DNA of 64,000 bases from a virus: IMG/VR virus record IMGVR_UViG_3300044611_001420. The stretch is one strand, 5' to 3'. The position numbers and the translations under genes were made by a program. Positions 17,835 to 27,768 of the stretch are shown here, one piece after another (positions within the stretch are counted from its first letter, which is position 1; each line of letters opens with the position of its first letter). The notes below the pieces were generated by a model. The model was not told where the DNA came from and did no database searches. It worked only from the letters and a program-made list of their open reading frames with translations.

Positions 17835-17858
17835 ATAAAAGCACTGAACTATTGAATT

Positions 17859-18587
17859 ATGCCATTACCTAAGATTTCTACACCAACGTATGAATTGGTT
17901 TTGCCATCAACTGGGAAAACAATTAAATACAGACCATTTCTAGTCAAAGAAGAAAAGATATTAATTCTTGCTCTTGAAAGTCAAGATACAAAAGAAATTA
18001 CAAATGCAATCAAGCAAGTATTAAAAGATTGTATTTTAACAAAAGCAATTAAAGTAGAAGAACTTCCAACTTTTGATATTGAATATTTGTTCTTAAACCT
18101 TCGTTCAAAATCTGTTGGTGAGTCTATTGAATTAATTATTACTTGTGGTGATGATATGGAAACTCAAGTTCCAGTCACAATTTATATTGATGAGATTCAA
18201 GTTCAAAAAGAAGAAAATCATAGCACGGATATTAAACTTGATAGTTCTTTAGTTTTAAGAATGAAGTATCCATCTTTAGACCAGTTTATTAAAAATAATT
18301 TTGATTTTAACACAGAGCAAAGTACATCAAATATTGAAAAATCTTTAGATATTATTGCTTCTTGTATTGATATGATCTTTAATGAAGAAGAAAGTTGGGC
18401 AGCATCTGATTGTACTAAAAAAGAATTAGTTTCTTGGATTGAAACACTTGATTCAAATCAATTCAAACAGGTTGAAAACTTTTTTAATACAATGCCAAAA
18501 CTTGCACACAAAGTAAAAGTTAAGAATCCAAAGACTGGAGTGGAAAGTGAAGTTACGTTGGAGGGGTTAACATCTTTTTTCGGTTGA
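17859..18587 (+). CDS. gp26: Baseplate hub assembly protein gp26
   Basis: MPLPKISTPTYEL...YRPFLVKEEKILILA...FDIEYLFLNLRSKSVGE...LEGLTSFF. Confidence 0.92.
   Translation: MPLPKISTPTYELVLPSTGKTIKYRPFLVKEEKILILALESQDTKEITNAIKQVLKDCILTKAIKVEELPTFDIEYLFLNLRSKSVGESIELIITCGDDMETQVPVTIYIDEIQVQKEENHSTDIKLDSSLVLRMKYPSLDQFIKNNFDFNTEQSTSNIEKSLDIIASCIDMIFNEEESWAASDCTKKELVSWIETLDSNQFKQVENFFNTMPKLAHKVKVKNPKTGVESEVTLEGLTSFFG
18560..18581 (+). other. Putative programmed -1 ribosomal frameshift signal (internal SD plus T TTT TTC)
   Basis: GGAGG at 18560-64, a 10-nt spacer, then an in-phase X XXY YYZ heptamer at 18575-81. The -1 frame is open into the gp51 ATG. Confidence 0.55.
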
Positions 18588-18589
18588 GT

Positions 18590-18763
18590 ATGGCTTATAT
18601 GGAATTGGAGTCATACTTTAGAATTAATTTTGCATTACTTCAATTTCATAAATGGCCGATTAGGGATGTTGAAAATATGATGCCTTGGGAAAGAGATATT
18701 TACTTAGCACTTCTCCAACAACATATTGAAGATGAGAAACTAAAACAACAAAATGCTCAATAA
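18590..18763 (+). CDS. gp51: Baseplate hub assembly catalyst gp51 (57 aa, not in ORF track)
   Basis: MAYMELESYFRINFALLQFHKWPIRDVENMMPWERDIYLALLQQHIEDE. Confidence 0.85.
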   Translation: MAYMELESYFRINFALLQFHKWPIRDVENMMPWERDIYLALLQQHIEDEKLKQQNAQ

Positions 18764-18787
18764 ATAATTCTAAAATAAGAAAGCAAG

Positions 18788-20563
18788 ATGGTAATAGGTT
18801 CGGTTCTGAACCCAGAAAGAATAGTAGGTAAGCAGAATACAAACCAACAACTCGCCAAAAATTTTATTTCTGGTGGTTCTTTTCTTGGAACATCTTCAAT
18901 TGCTTCTGCTGCAAATAAAATAGTAGGATTTCAAAGAGGGACTGCAAAACCAGTCCCATCTTCAGTAGATTCAATCGTAAGTACTATTTCTACAAATATT
19001 ACAAACAATATAACAAGCACTTTAAATAATACTCTTCAAAGTTTCACTACAGATTATAAGAAAAGAGTATCTGATGTTGATTCTGCGAAACCAACCGGCA
19101 TTCTAAGTAAGTTTTTAAGTACCTATAAGAGTGTAATACAATTCATTCAGTTTTTTGGCAACAAAAAATTTGTGAATAGAATAAGTGACAATTTAAAAAA
19201 TCTTTCTAAATCATTTACAGAAAGTTTTGAAGTTGCAAAATTGATTCGTCAGGTCATTGTAAAAATAGTACAACAATTATCAAATCTTCCAAAAGCATCT
19301 CCAGGTGGTGGAGGTGGAATTGACATTGATGTTGATGTTCCCATGGGTGGTGTCAGAAAGAGCGCACCACGAGGACTTGGTAATATGTTCAAGGGAAGAG
19401 GCAAAATGCTTGCCCTTGGTGCTGGTGCTCTTGGATTGGGTGCTGTTGGTGCTGGCACAGTGAATGCTCTTTCTAATGTTGATGAAATTAGAGCAGGAAT
19501 GCTTCAACCTGGAGATGGTGGAGACATCATATCAACGTTTAGTTCTGCAATAGAAAGATTTATTACAGCAATTAATACAATGATTGGTATTGGAAAGGGT
19601 CCTTCCAAACCTCCTGGTGGTGGTGCAGGAGGTGGTGGGGGAAGTCCTGGAGGTCCTGGTCCTGGAGGTCCTGGTCCTGGATCTCCAGTGGATTATAGTA
19701 ATTTGAAAAGTGGTGATATATCTACTATGGCAGGCAAATCAGCAGTTTTATATGATGAATATAGAAATCTTGGATATACTGATGAGGGAGCAAAAAGATT
19801 AATTGCTGAAATTGGCAGAGAAGGTGGGATGGACAATAAAAACTTGTTTGGAACTCATACTGATCCTTCTGCAAAAATTCCTAATACTGGTATGTTTAGT
19901 TGGAATCAAGATAGAAGAACTGCTTTAATCGATCAGGCCAAAAAGGCTGGGGTTTGGGATGAGACCAAAGGTCAAATAAAAGAAACTGCTGAGGGATTGA
20001 GATTCCAAGCAAGATTTTCTGCAAATGAAATTAAGACGAGAGGTGCTGGAGTTCCTGAAGCATTAACCACTCAAGGTTATTCTGGTGCTAAAATATCACA
20101 ATTACTTAGAGATAAGTATATTGTTTATAGAACTGATCGTGGTTATTCTGGGGGTCCTGATCCAGAATATGGATCAGTTAAAACTGGAGAATGGTATAAA
20201 AAATTGACTCCAGGATTGGAAAAAACATATAAACCAAAACCAGGAATAGGAGGTAGTTATGAGGAATTGCCTAAAGAATATGCTGCAGCATATAAGGCTG
20301 GAAAATTAAAATTAGAAGAATACAACAACTTAGCAACAGGTGTTTCTCAAGTTGCTCAAACAGCAGCACAATCACAAACAAATATTGTACCAATAGATTT
20401 GTCTGGTGCAATGCCTCAACAATCTCAAGGTGGTGGAGGAGGTATTTCTGCACCACCATCAACTCAAAAAAATGGTCCATCAGTTCCATTATTACCTTCT
20501 GCAAACACTGATAATTTTTTAGTTTTATATTCAAGAATGGTTTATAATATAGTAGACGGATAA
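18788..20563 (+). CDS. Hub/tape-measure-like structural protein with a putative tail lysozyme domain
   Basis: Follows gp26 and gp51; helical and Gly-rich N-terminus. GYTDEGAKRLIAEIGREGG...GMFSWNQDRR resembles phage tail lysozyme (Phage_lysozyme2). Confidence 0.6.
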   Translation: MVIGSVLNPERIVGKQNTNQQLAKNFISGGSFLGTSSIASAANKIVGFQRGTAKPVPSSVDSIVSTISTNITNNITSTLNNTLQSFTTDYKKRVSDVDSAKPTGILSKFLSTYKSVIQFIQFFGNKKFVNRISDNLKNLSKSFTESFEVAKLIRQVIVKIVQQLSNLPKASPGGGGGIDIDVDVPMGGVRKSAPRGLGNMFKGRGKMLALGAGALGLGAVGAGTVNALSNVDEIRAGMLQPGDGGDIISTFSSAIERFITAINTMIGIGKGPSKPPGGGAGGGGGSPGGPGPGGPGPGSPVDYSNLKSGDISTMAGKSAVLYDEYRNLGYTDEGAKRLIAEIGREGGMDNKNLFGTHTDPSAKIPNTGMFSWNQDRRTALIDQAKKAGVWDETKGQIKETAEGLRFQARFSANEIKTRGAGVPEALTTQGYSGAKISQLLRDKYIVYRTDRGYSGGPDPEYGSVKTGEWYKKLTPGLEKTYKPKPGIGGSYEELPKEYAAAYKAGKLKLEEYNNLATGVSQVAQTAAQSQTNIVPIDLSGAMPQQSQGGGGGISAPPSTQKNGPSVPLLPSANTDNFLVLYSRMVYNIVDG

Positions 20564-22659
20564 TGAAAAAAGTACTTTCTTCTCCTTTAGTTTCTGCTTC
20601 CAATAACATAGTTTCTTTTAGTGGAGATTCCTCAAGAAGACTAAAAGGAATTCAGAGAGATGTTGTTGATTTCTCTAAGTTTTTAAACACTCAAAATAAA
20701 GAAATTAATAGAATAAAATTACCTGAAAAAAGAAAAATTAAAGAACTTGCGAACTTAAACATTGCTTCAAGTTTTGGTTCTCCTGGAAATTTATTATCAT
20801 CTTTACTTGGAGGGGCACTTGATGTTGCTGGTTTTCTTGGTAATATGTTCCCTCCAAGAGGAAAAATGGGTGCTCCTCAAAATACAAGAGGATTGAGACC
20901 ACCAAAACCAATAGTTTCTGGTTCTAAGTTACAATTTGGAGGACTCAAATCTGTAGGTATTTTGAATGCAGTTTTTTCTGGATTGGATTTTGCTCAGGGA
21001 TTGGCAGAGGGAGAAAGCACAGGTCAAGCAGCATCGGGAGCAGTGGGCAATCTTGCTGGTTCATTACTTGGTGGTGCCATTGGGCAAGCACTAATTCCAA
21101 TACCTGGGCTTGGTTTTGTAATTGGAAGTATGGCAGGTGGATTTTTGGGTGGTTACACCGCAGATAGAGCATATGAACTTGCAACTGGTGGTGCTGGAGG
21201 TGTGTCTGGAAAAGTTGAAGAAAAACTAAAGGCACAAGAACAACAACAAAAGGCATCAGTTCAAGAAAGTGGATTTGGTGATGTAATAAACAGATTTAGT
21301 GACTCTGTAGGAAAGTTTGAAAACTTTGTCTATAAGTCATTTGCTTCTGTGGTAAATGGTGCCGCAGCTGCTGCTGGTTCTGATGAAATGATGTTGGATT
21401 ACGGTTTAGACCCAGATGCAATTCCAGATGCTCCTGAAATTCCAGGAGAACTTCCAGATATGACTGCTGAAGGTGGTCAAATGCCCAGCAAATATACTTC
21501 ATCTCCTTATGGTTGGAGATGGGGAAGAATTCATAGTGGTGTTGATTATGCTATTACGGAAGGAACACCAGTAAGTGTGATTCAACCTGGTCAAGTAACA
21601 TACGCACAATTTAATGATGGTGGGTATGGATATGCTGTACAAATTGCACATCCTGGTGGTTCTAGTAGTTTTTATGGGCACTTAAGTAAAATATCAGTCA
21701 AAGAAGGACAACAAATAGAACCTGGAACTGTAATTGGAAATGTAGGAAGCACAGGAAATTCTACGGGACCTCACGTTCATTTTGAAGTTAGACAAGGAAG
21801 TAAAAAATTAGAAATACCTACAAGTGAGGGAGATAAGTATTTTAGATTCGGTGGCAATGTAAAAGTCAAACCAAAGGCAGGAGTTTCGGGAGCAGGTTCT
21901 AATCCTTTTGTTTTAGAATTACACGCAGACCCAAATGCAAAAGGACAAAAGACAGGATTAATCCCAAGCAATACCAGTCCAGATACTGCTGTTTCTCAAG
22001 CACTTGTTTCTAGTTTCGGGACTTATGGTAAAAATTTTAGAGGAGGATTGGGTGTTACAAATAGAGGTGGAAATATTCTAGAGTCAGATATGGCATTAGG
22101 TGCTGAAGCAAATGCAAAAAGAATAGTTGAAGCAATGATGAAAGACCCTAAACGTGCATATCATATTTTTGCAGGACACGCTGATGTAACAAAAGGTGAA
22201 ACTGGTGCTCCTGGAGAAAAGGAATATAATTTAAAAACTGCTGAATTGGTTGAAAAATTAGCAAAAGCACAGAAATTAAATGTAATGTACCATAAATCTA
22301 TTATTGCAAATGAAGCAAGTGATCCAAATTCAAATCTTTCCAGAATTAAAGCAATAATGGATGCTTCAAAGAGACCTGGAATAGGAGGTCCAGATTTAAC
22401 TCCAGAGGCAATTGCTGCATATCAATCTGGAATGATTCAAAATCTCCAACAATACCCTTCTTATAATCAACTACAACAGGTTACAACAATTATACCAATG
22501 ATGATGAGTCCTCAAGGTGGAGGAGGACAACAAAAACCAGTCTTTATTCCAGTTGGAGGTGGTGGTGGAGGAACTGTAATTCTTCCTGGTCCAGATGAAG
22601 GACAACTGGTAAATAGTCTTATGAAGACTATGTTACTTACTAATCTGTCAGCAAGCTAA
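20563..22659 (+). CDS. Hub/tape-measure-like protein with an M23 peptidase and an amidase-like domain
   Basis: Gly-zipper region GGAIGQALIPIPGLG; M23 motifs HSGVDY, YGHLS and GSTGNSTGPHVHFEVR; then ELHAD and AGHAD...GEKEYN. Confidence 0.8.
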   Translation: MKKVLSSPLVSASNNIVSFSGDSSRRLKGIQRDVVDFSKFLNTQNKEINRIKLPEKRKIKELANLNIASSFGSPGNLLSSLLGGALDVAGFLGNMFPPRGKMGAPQNTRGLRPPKPIVSGSKLQFGGLKSVGILNAVFSGLDFAQGLAEGESTGQAASGAVGNLAGSLLGGAIGQALIPIPGLGFVIGSMAGGFLGGYTADRAYELATGGAGGVSGKVEEKLKAQEQQQKASVQESGFGDVINRFSDSVGKFENFVYKSFASVVNGAAAAAGSDEMMLDYGLDPDAIPDAPEIPGELPDMTAEGGQMPSKYTSSPYGWRWGRIHSGVDYAITEGTPVSVIQPGQVTYAQFNDGGYGYAVQIAHPGGSSSFYGHLSKISVKEGQQIEPGTVIGNVGSTGNSTGPHVHFEVRQGSKKLEIPTSEGDKYFRFGGNVKVKPKAGVSGAGSNPFVLELHADPNAKGQKTGLIPSNTSPDTAVSQALVSSFGTYGKNFRGGLGVTNRGGNILESDMALGAEANAKRIVEAMMKDPKRAYHIFAGHADVTKGETGAPGEKEYNLKTAELVEKLAKAQKLNVMYHKSIIANEASDPNSNLSRIKAIMDASKRPGIGGPDLTPEAIAAYQSGMIQNLQQYPSYNQLQQVTTIIPMMMSPQGGGGQQKPVFIPVGGGGGGTVILPGPDEGQLVNSLMKTMLLTNLSAS

Positions 22660-23972
22660 TGTCACAATCTGTAGCAGCATTTAAACCAAATTATTTTATC
22701 ATACAATCATTAGATGGTAGCAAAAAAATTGATATTACCAATTCATTATTGTTTTTTGATTACTTTGAGGATATTTTATCTCCTTGTATAACTGCTACTG
22801 CACAAATAGTTAATAGTACAAGTTTGTTTAATCTTTTACCAATTCGTGGTGGAGAAAAAGTTTCCATTAGTGTTGATACTGCATTTGGTGAATTTTTATT
22901 TGACGGTGATACTGCTTTTTATGTTTATAAGGTTAGCAATCTTGATGCACAAAAGTCAAGTGAAATGTTCACTTTACACTTAGTTTCTCGTGAAGGTTTG
23001 ACGAATGATACTGTCAGATGTGAAAGAAAATATACAGGTAATATTCAAACTACAGTAACTAAAATTTTAAAGGATGTATTAAAAACTAAAAAGTTTAAAA
23101 GTGAAAATATAGAATCAACATCAAACGAATTTTCTTTTATTGGAAATAATAGAAAACCATTTCACGTTTTGACTTGGTTAGGTCCAAAAGCAGTTCCTGC
23201 AAATGGGCAAAATTCGGGAACATCTGGAGGTGAAAATAGTGGAATAGCAAAGGGAACTGCTGGATTTTTATTTTATGAGAATAAAGACGGTTTTAATTTT
23301 AGAAGTATTGACAGTTTAGTATCAAGCACTCAAATACAAAATAATAGTGCCGATAAGGAGTCAATATATAGTTATCAGTATGCTCCAATCATTGAGAGTA
23401 ATAATGTAGAAACAAATTTTAGAATTTTAAATTATAAGTATGAAAAGAATATTGACTTGATGAAAGCATTGAGAGTTGGTATGTATGCAAATAAAACATA
23501 TTATTTTGATTTGTATTCAAGTACTTTAGATATTTACAAATACACAGTGAAAGATCAAGTCAAGAATAAATTAGGTGCTTCTAAAAGTATTGCTGTATCT
23601 GAAGAATTTGGAGATAGTATTAGTAGAATTATGTTTAAAGCTTCCGATAGAGGAAACTTAAATAATGATGGAACGATAAGTGGTAAGTCTAGAAGTGGTG
23701 CTGATATGTCAATGTCTTATTCTAGATATAATTTATTGTTCACTCAAGCACTAAATATGGTTATACCTTGTAACATAAGATTGAAAGTTGGAGATATTAT
23801 AAAGGCACAGTTTCCAAGAATCACAAGAACAGACAATAAAGAAGCAGATGACGAACAGAGTGGAAACTACTTGATTAAAGAATTAAGACATCATTTTGAA
23901 GGAAACCAAATGGTTACAAGTGTAAAACTAATTCGTGATAGTTACGGTCTTTATGGTCCTCAAAACGAGTAA
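22659..23972 (+). CDS. Baseplate hub protein (gp27/late-control-D-like)
   Basis: YFEDILSP...FLFYENKDGFNFRSIDSL...SGNYLIKELRHHF...LIRDSYG; sits before gp5. Confidence 0.7.
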   Translation: MSQSVAAFKPNYFIIQSLDGSKKIDITNSLLFFDYFEDILSPCITATAQIVNSTSLFNLLPIRGGEKVSISVDTAFGEFLFDGDTAFYVYKVSNLDAQKSSEMFTLHLVSREGLTNDTVRCERKYTGNIQTTVTKILKDVLKTKKFKSENIESTSNEFSFIGNNRKPFHVLTWLGPKAVPANGQNSGTSGGENSGIAKGTAGFLFYENKDGFNFRSIDSLVSSTQIQNNSADKESIYSYQYAPIIESNNVETNFRILNYKYEKNIDLMKALRVGMYANKTYYFDLYSSTLDIYKYTVKDQVKNKLGASKSIAVSEEFGDSISRIMFKASDRGNLNNDGTISGKSRSGADMSMSYSRYNLLFTQALNMVIPCNIRLKVGDIIKAQFPRITRTDNKEADDEQSGNYLIKELRHHFEGNQMVTSVKLIRDSYGLYGPQNE

Positions 23973-23977
23973 GAAAA

Positions 23978-24187
23978 ATGGATTTACAACAATTCATACA
24001 TAATATAAATGATGAATTGGGAAATTCATCATTAAATAAACAAAGAAAAAGATACTTAGAAGCACATTTGGAAGAACTTTTGGAATATCAAAAGAATAAT
24101 CCAAATAATACTTTAATACCAAATGCATTAGAATTATTTTGCGATTTAAACCCAAACGCACTGGAGTGTAGAATTTACGATGATTGA
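23978..24187 (+). CDS. cp12: CP12 Calvin-cycle inhibitor
   Basis: C-terminal LELFCDLNPNALECRIYDD CP12 signature; only the C-terminal Cys pair is present. Confidence 0.88.
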   Translation: MDLQQFIHNINDELGNSSLNKQRKRYLEAHLEELLEYQKNNPNNTLIPNALELFCDLNPNALECRIYDD

Positions 24188-26360
24188 AGAAGCTTTATTG
24201 AAATCCAATTACATTGGTAAAGATGGTTTTTATTGGTGGATTGGACAAGTAGCAAATCAAAACTCTTGGAAAAGCAAATCTCAGTTTTCGGAGGAAAAGG
24301 GTTCTGACGGTAAAGTGTGGGCAGCAAGATGTAAGGTAAGAATTGTTGGTCATCATACTTTTGATGGTAATGTTCTTCCTGATGATGATTTGCCTTGGGC
24401 ACAGATTATGATGGACCCTGCTTTTGGAAGTGGTCAAGGTGGTATGGGAGCAACAATAAATTTAAAGGGTGGTGAGACTTGCTTTGGATTTTTTATTGAC
24501 GGAGATGATGCACAACAACCAGTCATAATGGGTCTTCTTCATCGTAGTGATGGTGTTAAGAATTTAATCTCAGAAGAGGTAATAGCAAAAGAAAAAAGTT
24601 CTCAATTCAAACCATTTACTGGACATCCTGGAAATAATATCCCAGCAACTCAAAGAAGTGCAAGAAAAGAAAAAGAAATTATTCCTGAAAATCCTCAAAC
24701 AGAAACTTCTCCACTATCAACAAAAGACAAAGTAGATATTGCTTTTAATTCAAATGTTGGATTTTACACTGGGACTACTCGTGTATTTCCTCAGTATGGA
24801 GATAGACTTCAATTTGATGCATCATCTATATGGCAAGTTGCGAAAAAAGCAGATGTAGAAATTACAATACCTAATGGTTGTCAGAATGGATTAATCGGAG
24901 ATATTTCACAAGCTCTTCAGAGCTTTATGGCAATTACAAATGGATTAGACCGATATTTAAATGTTTATGTAGATACTGTATTAAATGAAATTGTAGATAT
25001 AGGAAATCAAATTCGTAATACTGCTAGGTCTATACTTAGTATCGTAAAACTCATTATCAATAATTTAAGAAATACAATTTTTAAATGTATTACTTGGGCA
25101 TTTAGAAAATTAGTCGGTCTTGTTGTTCCACAACCCCAACAAAAGATTGTTTTGGAATCAATGAAGAAAATTCTTGATGGAATTTTTTGTATTCTAGAAA
25201 AACTTCCATCAAGTCTTTTGGATTTTATTACAAATGCTTTACAGGATTTAGTAGATAGAACAGTAAATGTCCCTCTTTGTGCAGCAGAAGAATGGACTGC
25301 TGGAATTCTTGCTAAACTAATGAATGCGATTGAAGATGCATTATCTGATATAATGTCTGGTATTAGTTGGTTGACTGGTGGATTAGGAACAATTTCTGGA
25401 ATTTTAAATCAAGCAAGTTCTTTGGCATCTCAAATTTTTAGCTTTCTTGAATGCACTGGACTTGCTTGCAAGAAACCACATACTTGGGCAGCAAAATTTG
25501 GACCAAGTGAAAAAGAAGCAGATGATTGGAAAAAAATGGTTAGTAATGTTAATGTGTTTAAAACTGCTGCTAAAGCAGGAAGTTCAATAGAAGTTTCTCT
25601 TCGTAATACTCCTTTATATTCTGCAACTGATACTTTTGGGTCTGGATTTGGTGGTTTGATTGATAGAGCACTTAATAATGCATCTTGTGTGTCTAAAGTT
25701 CTTAATCCACAGAATCAGGATGATTTAATGAGAATGCCAATTGGAAGCAGATGGAAAACGTGCATACCACCACAAGTTTATATCACAGGTGACGGAGTTG
25801 GTGCTAAAGCAATTCCAATAGTTGGTGATAATGGTAAGATTTTCTCTGTTCAAATTGCCAACAGGGGAGTTGGTTATACAAATGGAACAACAGATGTAAG
25901 AATTGTTGATAAAAGTAATTATGGTTTAGGTGCAACTGCAAGAGTTGAGGTGAATGAAAAAGATGGTGGTATTGATAAAGTTATAATTCTAAATTCTGGT
26001 GATGGATATTGTAAAGGCAATGTTACAGCACCAGGAATAAGTTCTTCTATAACTGGCACAGTTACTGATGTTGTGGTAGATAAACCAGGATATGGATATA
26101 CAACTGGGGATAAAATTACTGATGGTAAAAATACTTATGAACCAATTATTTCTCCTGGAAGTGGAGCAATTGTAGATGTTAAGTTGCCAACAAATATTAT
26201 AGGAGAATTTAAAACCATTCCCACACTAACTATAAATACCAACACAGGAGTAGGAGCAGAACTCATTCCAGTTATGCAATTTACTCCAAATTATTCTTCA
26301 ACAACTGGTGTTCCAGCAGTCTCTGGAATCGCAGTAACCTCAGTGATAGATTGTGTATGA
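24180..26360 (+). CDS. gp5: Baseplate hub/spike gp5 (N-terminal OB fold)
   Basis: GFYWWIGQV...CKVRIVGHH...LPDDDLPWA...GFFIDGDDAQQPVIMG; no T4-lysozyme motif seen. Confidence 0.88.
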   Translation: MIEEALLKSNYIGKDGFYWWIGQVANQNSWKSKSQFSEEKGSDGKVWAARCKVRIVGHHTFDGNVLPDDDLPWAQIMMDPAFGSGQGGMGATINLKGGETCFGFFIDGDDAQQPVIMGLLHRSDGVKNLISEEVIAKEKSSQFKPFTGHPGNNIPATQRSARKEKEIIPENPQTETSPLSTKDKVDIAFNSNVGFYTGTTRVFPQYGDRLQFDASSIWQVAKKADVEITIPNGCQNGLIGDISQALQSFMAITNGLDRYLNVYVDTVLNEIVDIGNQIRNTARSILSIVKLIINNLRNTIFKCITWAFRKLVGLVVPQPQQKIVLESMKKILDGIFCILEKLPSSLLDFITNALQDLVDRTVNVPLCAAEEWTAGILAKLMNAIEDALSDIMSGISWLTGGLGTISGILNQASSLASQIFSFLECTGLACKKPHTWAAKFGPSEKEADDWKKMVSNVNVFKTAAKAGSSIEVSLRNTPLYSATDTFGSGFGGLIDRALNNASCVSKVLNPQNQDDLMRMPIGSRWKTCIPPQVYITGDGVGAKAIPIVGDNGKIFSVQIANRGVGYTNGTTDVRIVDKSNYGLGATARVEVNEKDGGIDKVIILNSGDGYCKGNVTAPGISSSITGTVTDVVVDKPGYGYTTGDKITDGKNTYEPIISPGSGAIVDVKLPTNIIGEFKTIPTLTINTNTGVGAELIPVMQFTPNYSSTTGVPAVSGIAVTSVIDCV

Positions 26361-26941
26361 CAACTCCAGACCCACATTTAAGACAGACTGACCATTTTAT
26401 AGAAGCTTGTGGAGTAGAAAGTCCTCATAATGGGAAGATAGACTATTCTTGCACAACAAAAAAAGGTCAAGGATTTATCTATTATGAAAATGGTGATTTA
26501 GATATTGTTGCCGATAAAACATCAAAAGAAGTTGTCGGAAGAAAAATTACCAATGAATCTGAACCAGCAAAAATTATTCGTGCGGAAAATGGAGGAATAG
26601 TTCTATCTGCACCCTATGGAACTGTTACAATTGTTGCAGCAAACATTCGGTTTGTTGCTCTTGATGGGACAGGAGGAGGAGAGATTACATTTCAAGCATC
26701 CAAATTAATTCATCAAGACGCTCCAACGGTCACTACACAAGGAACAAATACAACAACTGCAGCAGCAAATAATGCTTCAGTAACTGGAAGCACTGCATCT
26801 TTAAGTGCGAATACACAAGCAGAAGTTCAATCAGGAATAGACTCCGATAAGTCTTCTGTTTTGGGCAAAATATTAGATGCAATTACTAGGTTTAAAAATT
26901 TCTTTGCTTCCATTTGCTCTGATAATCCTGGAGGCAAATAA
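26357..26941 (+). CDS. Putative spike/gp5 C-terminal beta-helix-like protein
   Basis: Short beta-repeats IIRAENGGIVLSAPYGTVTIVAANI; TATAAATA at 26231-38; ATGA overlap with gp5. Confidence 0.6.
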   Translation: MTTPDPHLRQTDHFIEACGVESPHNGKIDYSCTTKKGQGFIYYENGDLDIVADKTSKEVVGRKITNESEPAKIIRAENGGIVLSAPYGTVTIVAANIRFVALDGTGGGEITFQASKLIHQDAPTVTTQGTNTTTAAANNASVTGSTASLSANTQAEVQSGIDSDKSSVLGKILDAITRFKNFFASICSDNPGGK

Positions 26942-27765
26942 TGGCAGATTTTACAGTTGCTAACATTGGAGAAAAACTAATTGTAGGTCAATTGGATATG
27001 TCCTTTTTGACTGCTACTGCAGAAATTACTCCGGGAACAGCAGTTATTAATGGTCCTTGTTATATTGGTTTGACCCCACAGATTGGAGTTGCAAGAGCAA
27101 CTTGTATGATTGGACCACCAGTGCCAGGTCTTACTGTTCCTGCTTCTCTTGAAGTTTCTGGAATCGCAAATTTTGTTGGAGATACAAATACAATAGGAAT
27201 TTCTAAATTTTTGGGTCTTGCTATGAAATTAGCAGCAGATATATCTTCTGCTATAAAAGTCAATTCGGGAGCACACATTTCCACTGCAAACAAAGTAATT
27301 ACTGGAAATCTCAATGTTACTGAAAATGTAACCGCAGTTCGATATTTTGGAGATATTAGTGCTTGTGTCGGAAAAAAAAATTTTGATATTCCACATCCAT
27401 CAAAACCAGGATGGAGACTAAGGCACGTTTGTATTGAAGGTCCAACTGCTGATGTTTTTGTGAGAGGGCAACTTGATAATAAAAATGTTATTGAACTTCC
27501 ATATTATTGGAAAAATTTAGTTGATGTTGAGACCATTACTGTTCATCTTACACCAATTGAAATGCATCAAGAATTATTTGTAGATAAAATTGAGTGGGGA
27601 AATAAAATTTATATTAAAAATAATTCTGGTTCAGCAATTAAGTGTTATTATACTGTTTATGGTGAAAGAAAGGATACATCTAAAAATATTCCAGAATACG
27701 AAGGTACTTATGACGATTATCCAGGTGATAATCGTGAATATGTTTTAAGTGCAATAAGGAGTTGA
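26941..27765 (+). CDS. Structural protein with a C-terminal FDIPHP...CIEGP domain
   Basis: KNFDIPHPSKPGWRLRHVCIEGPTADVFVRG...ELPYYWKNLVD...GERKD. Confidence 0.7.
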   Translation: MADFTVANIGEKLIVGQLDMSFLTATAEITPGTAVINGPCYIGLTPQIGVARATCMIGPPVPGLTVPASLEVSGIANFVGDTNTIGISKFLGLAMKLAADISSAIKVNSGAHISTANKVITGNLNVTENVTAVRYFGDISACVGKKNFDIPHPSKPGWRLRHVCIEGPTADVFVRGQLDNKNVIELPYYWKNLVDVETITVHLTPIEMHQELFVDKIEWGNKIYIKNNSGSAIKCYYTVYGERKDTSKNIPEYEGTYDDYPGDNREYVLSAIRS

Positions 27766-27768
27766 TAT

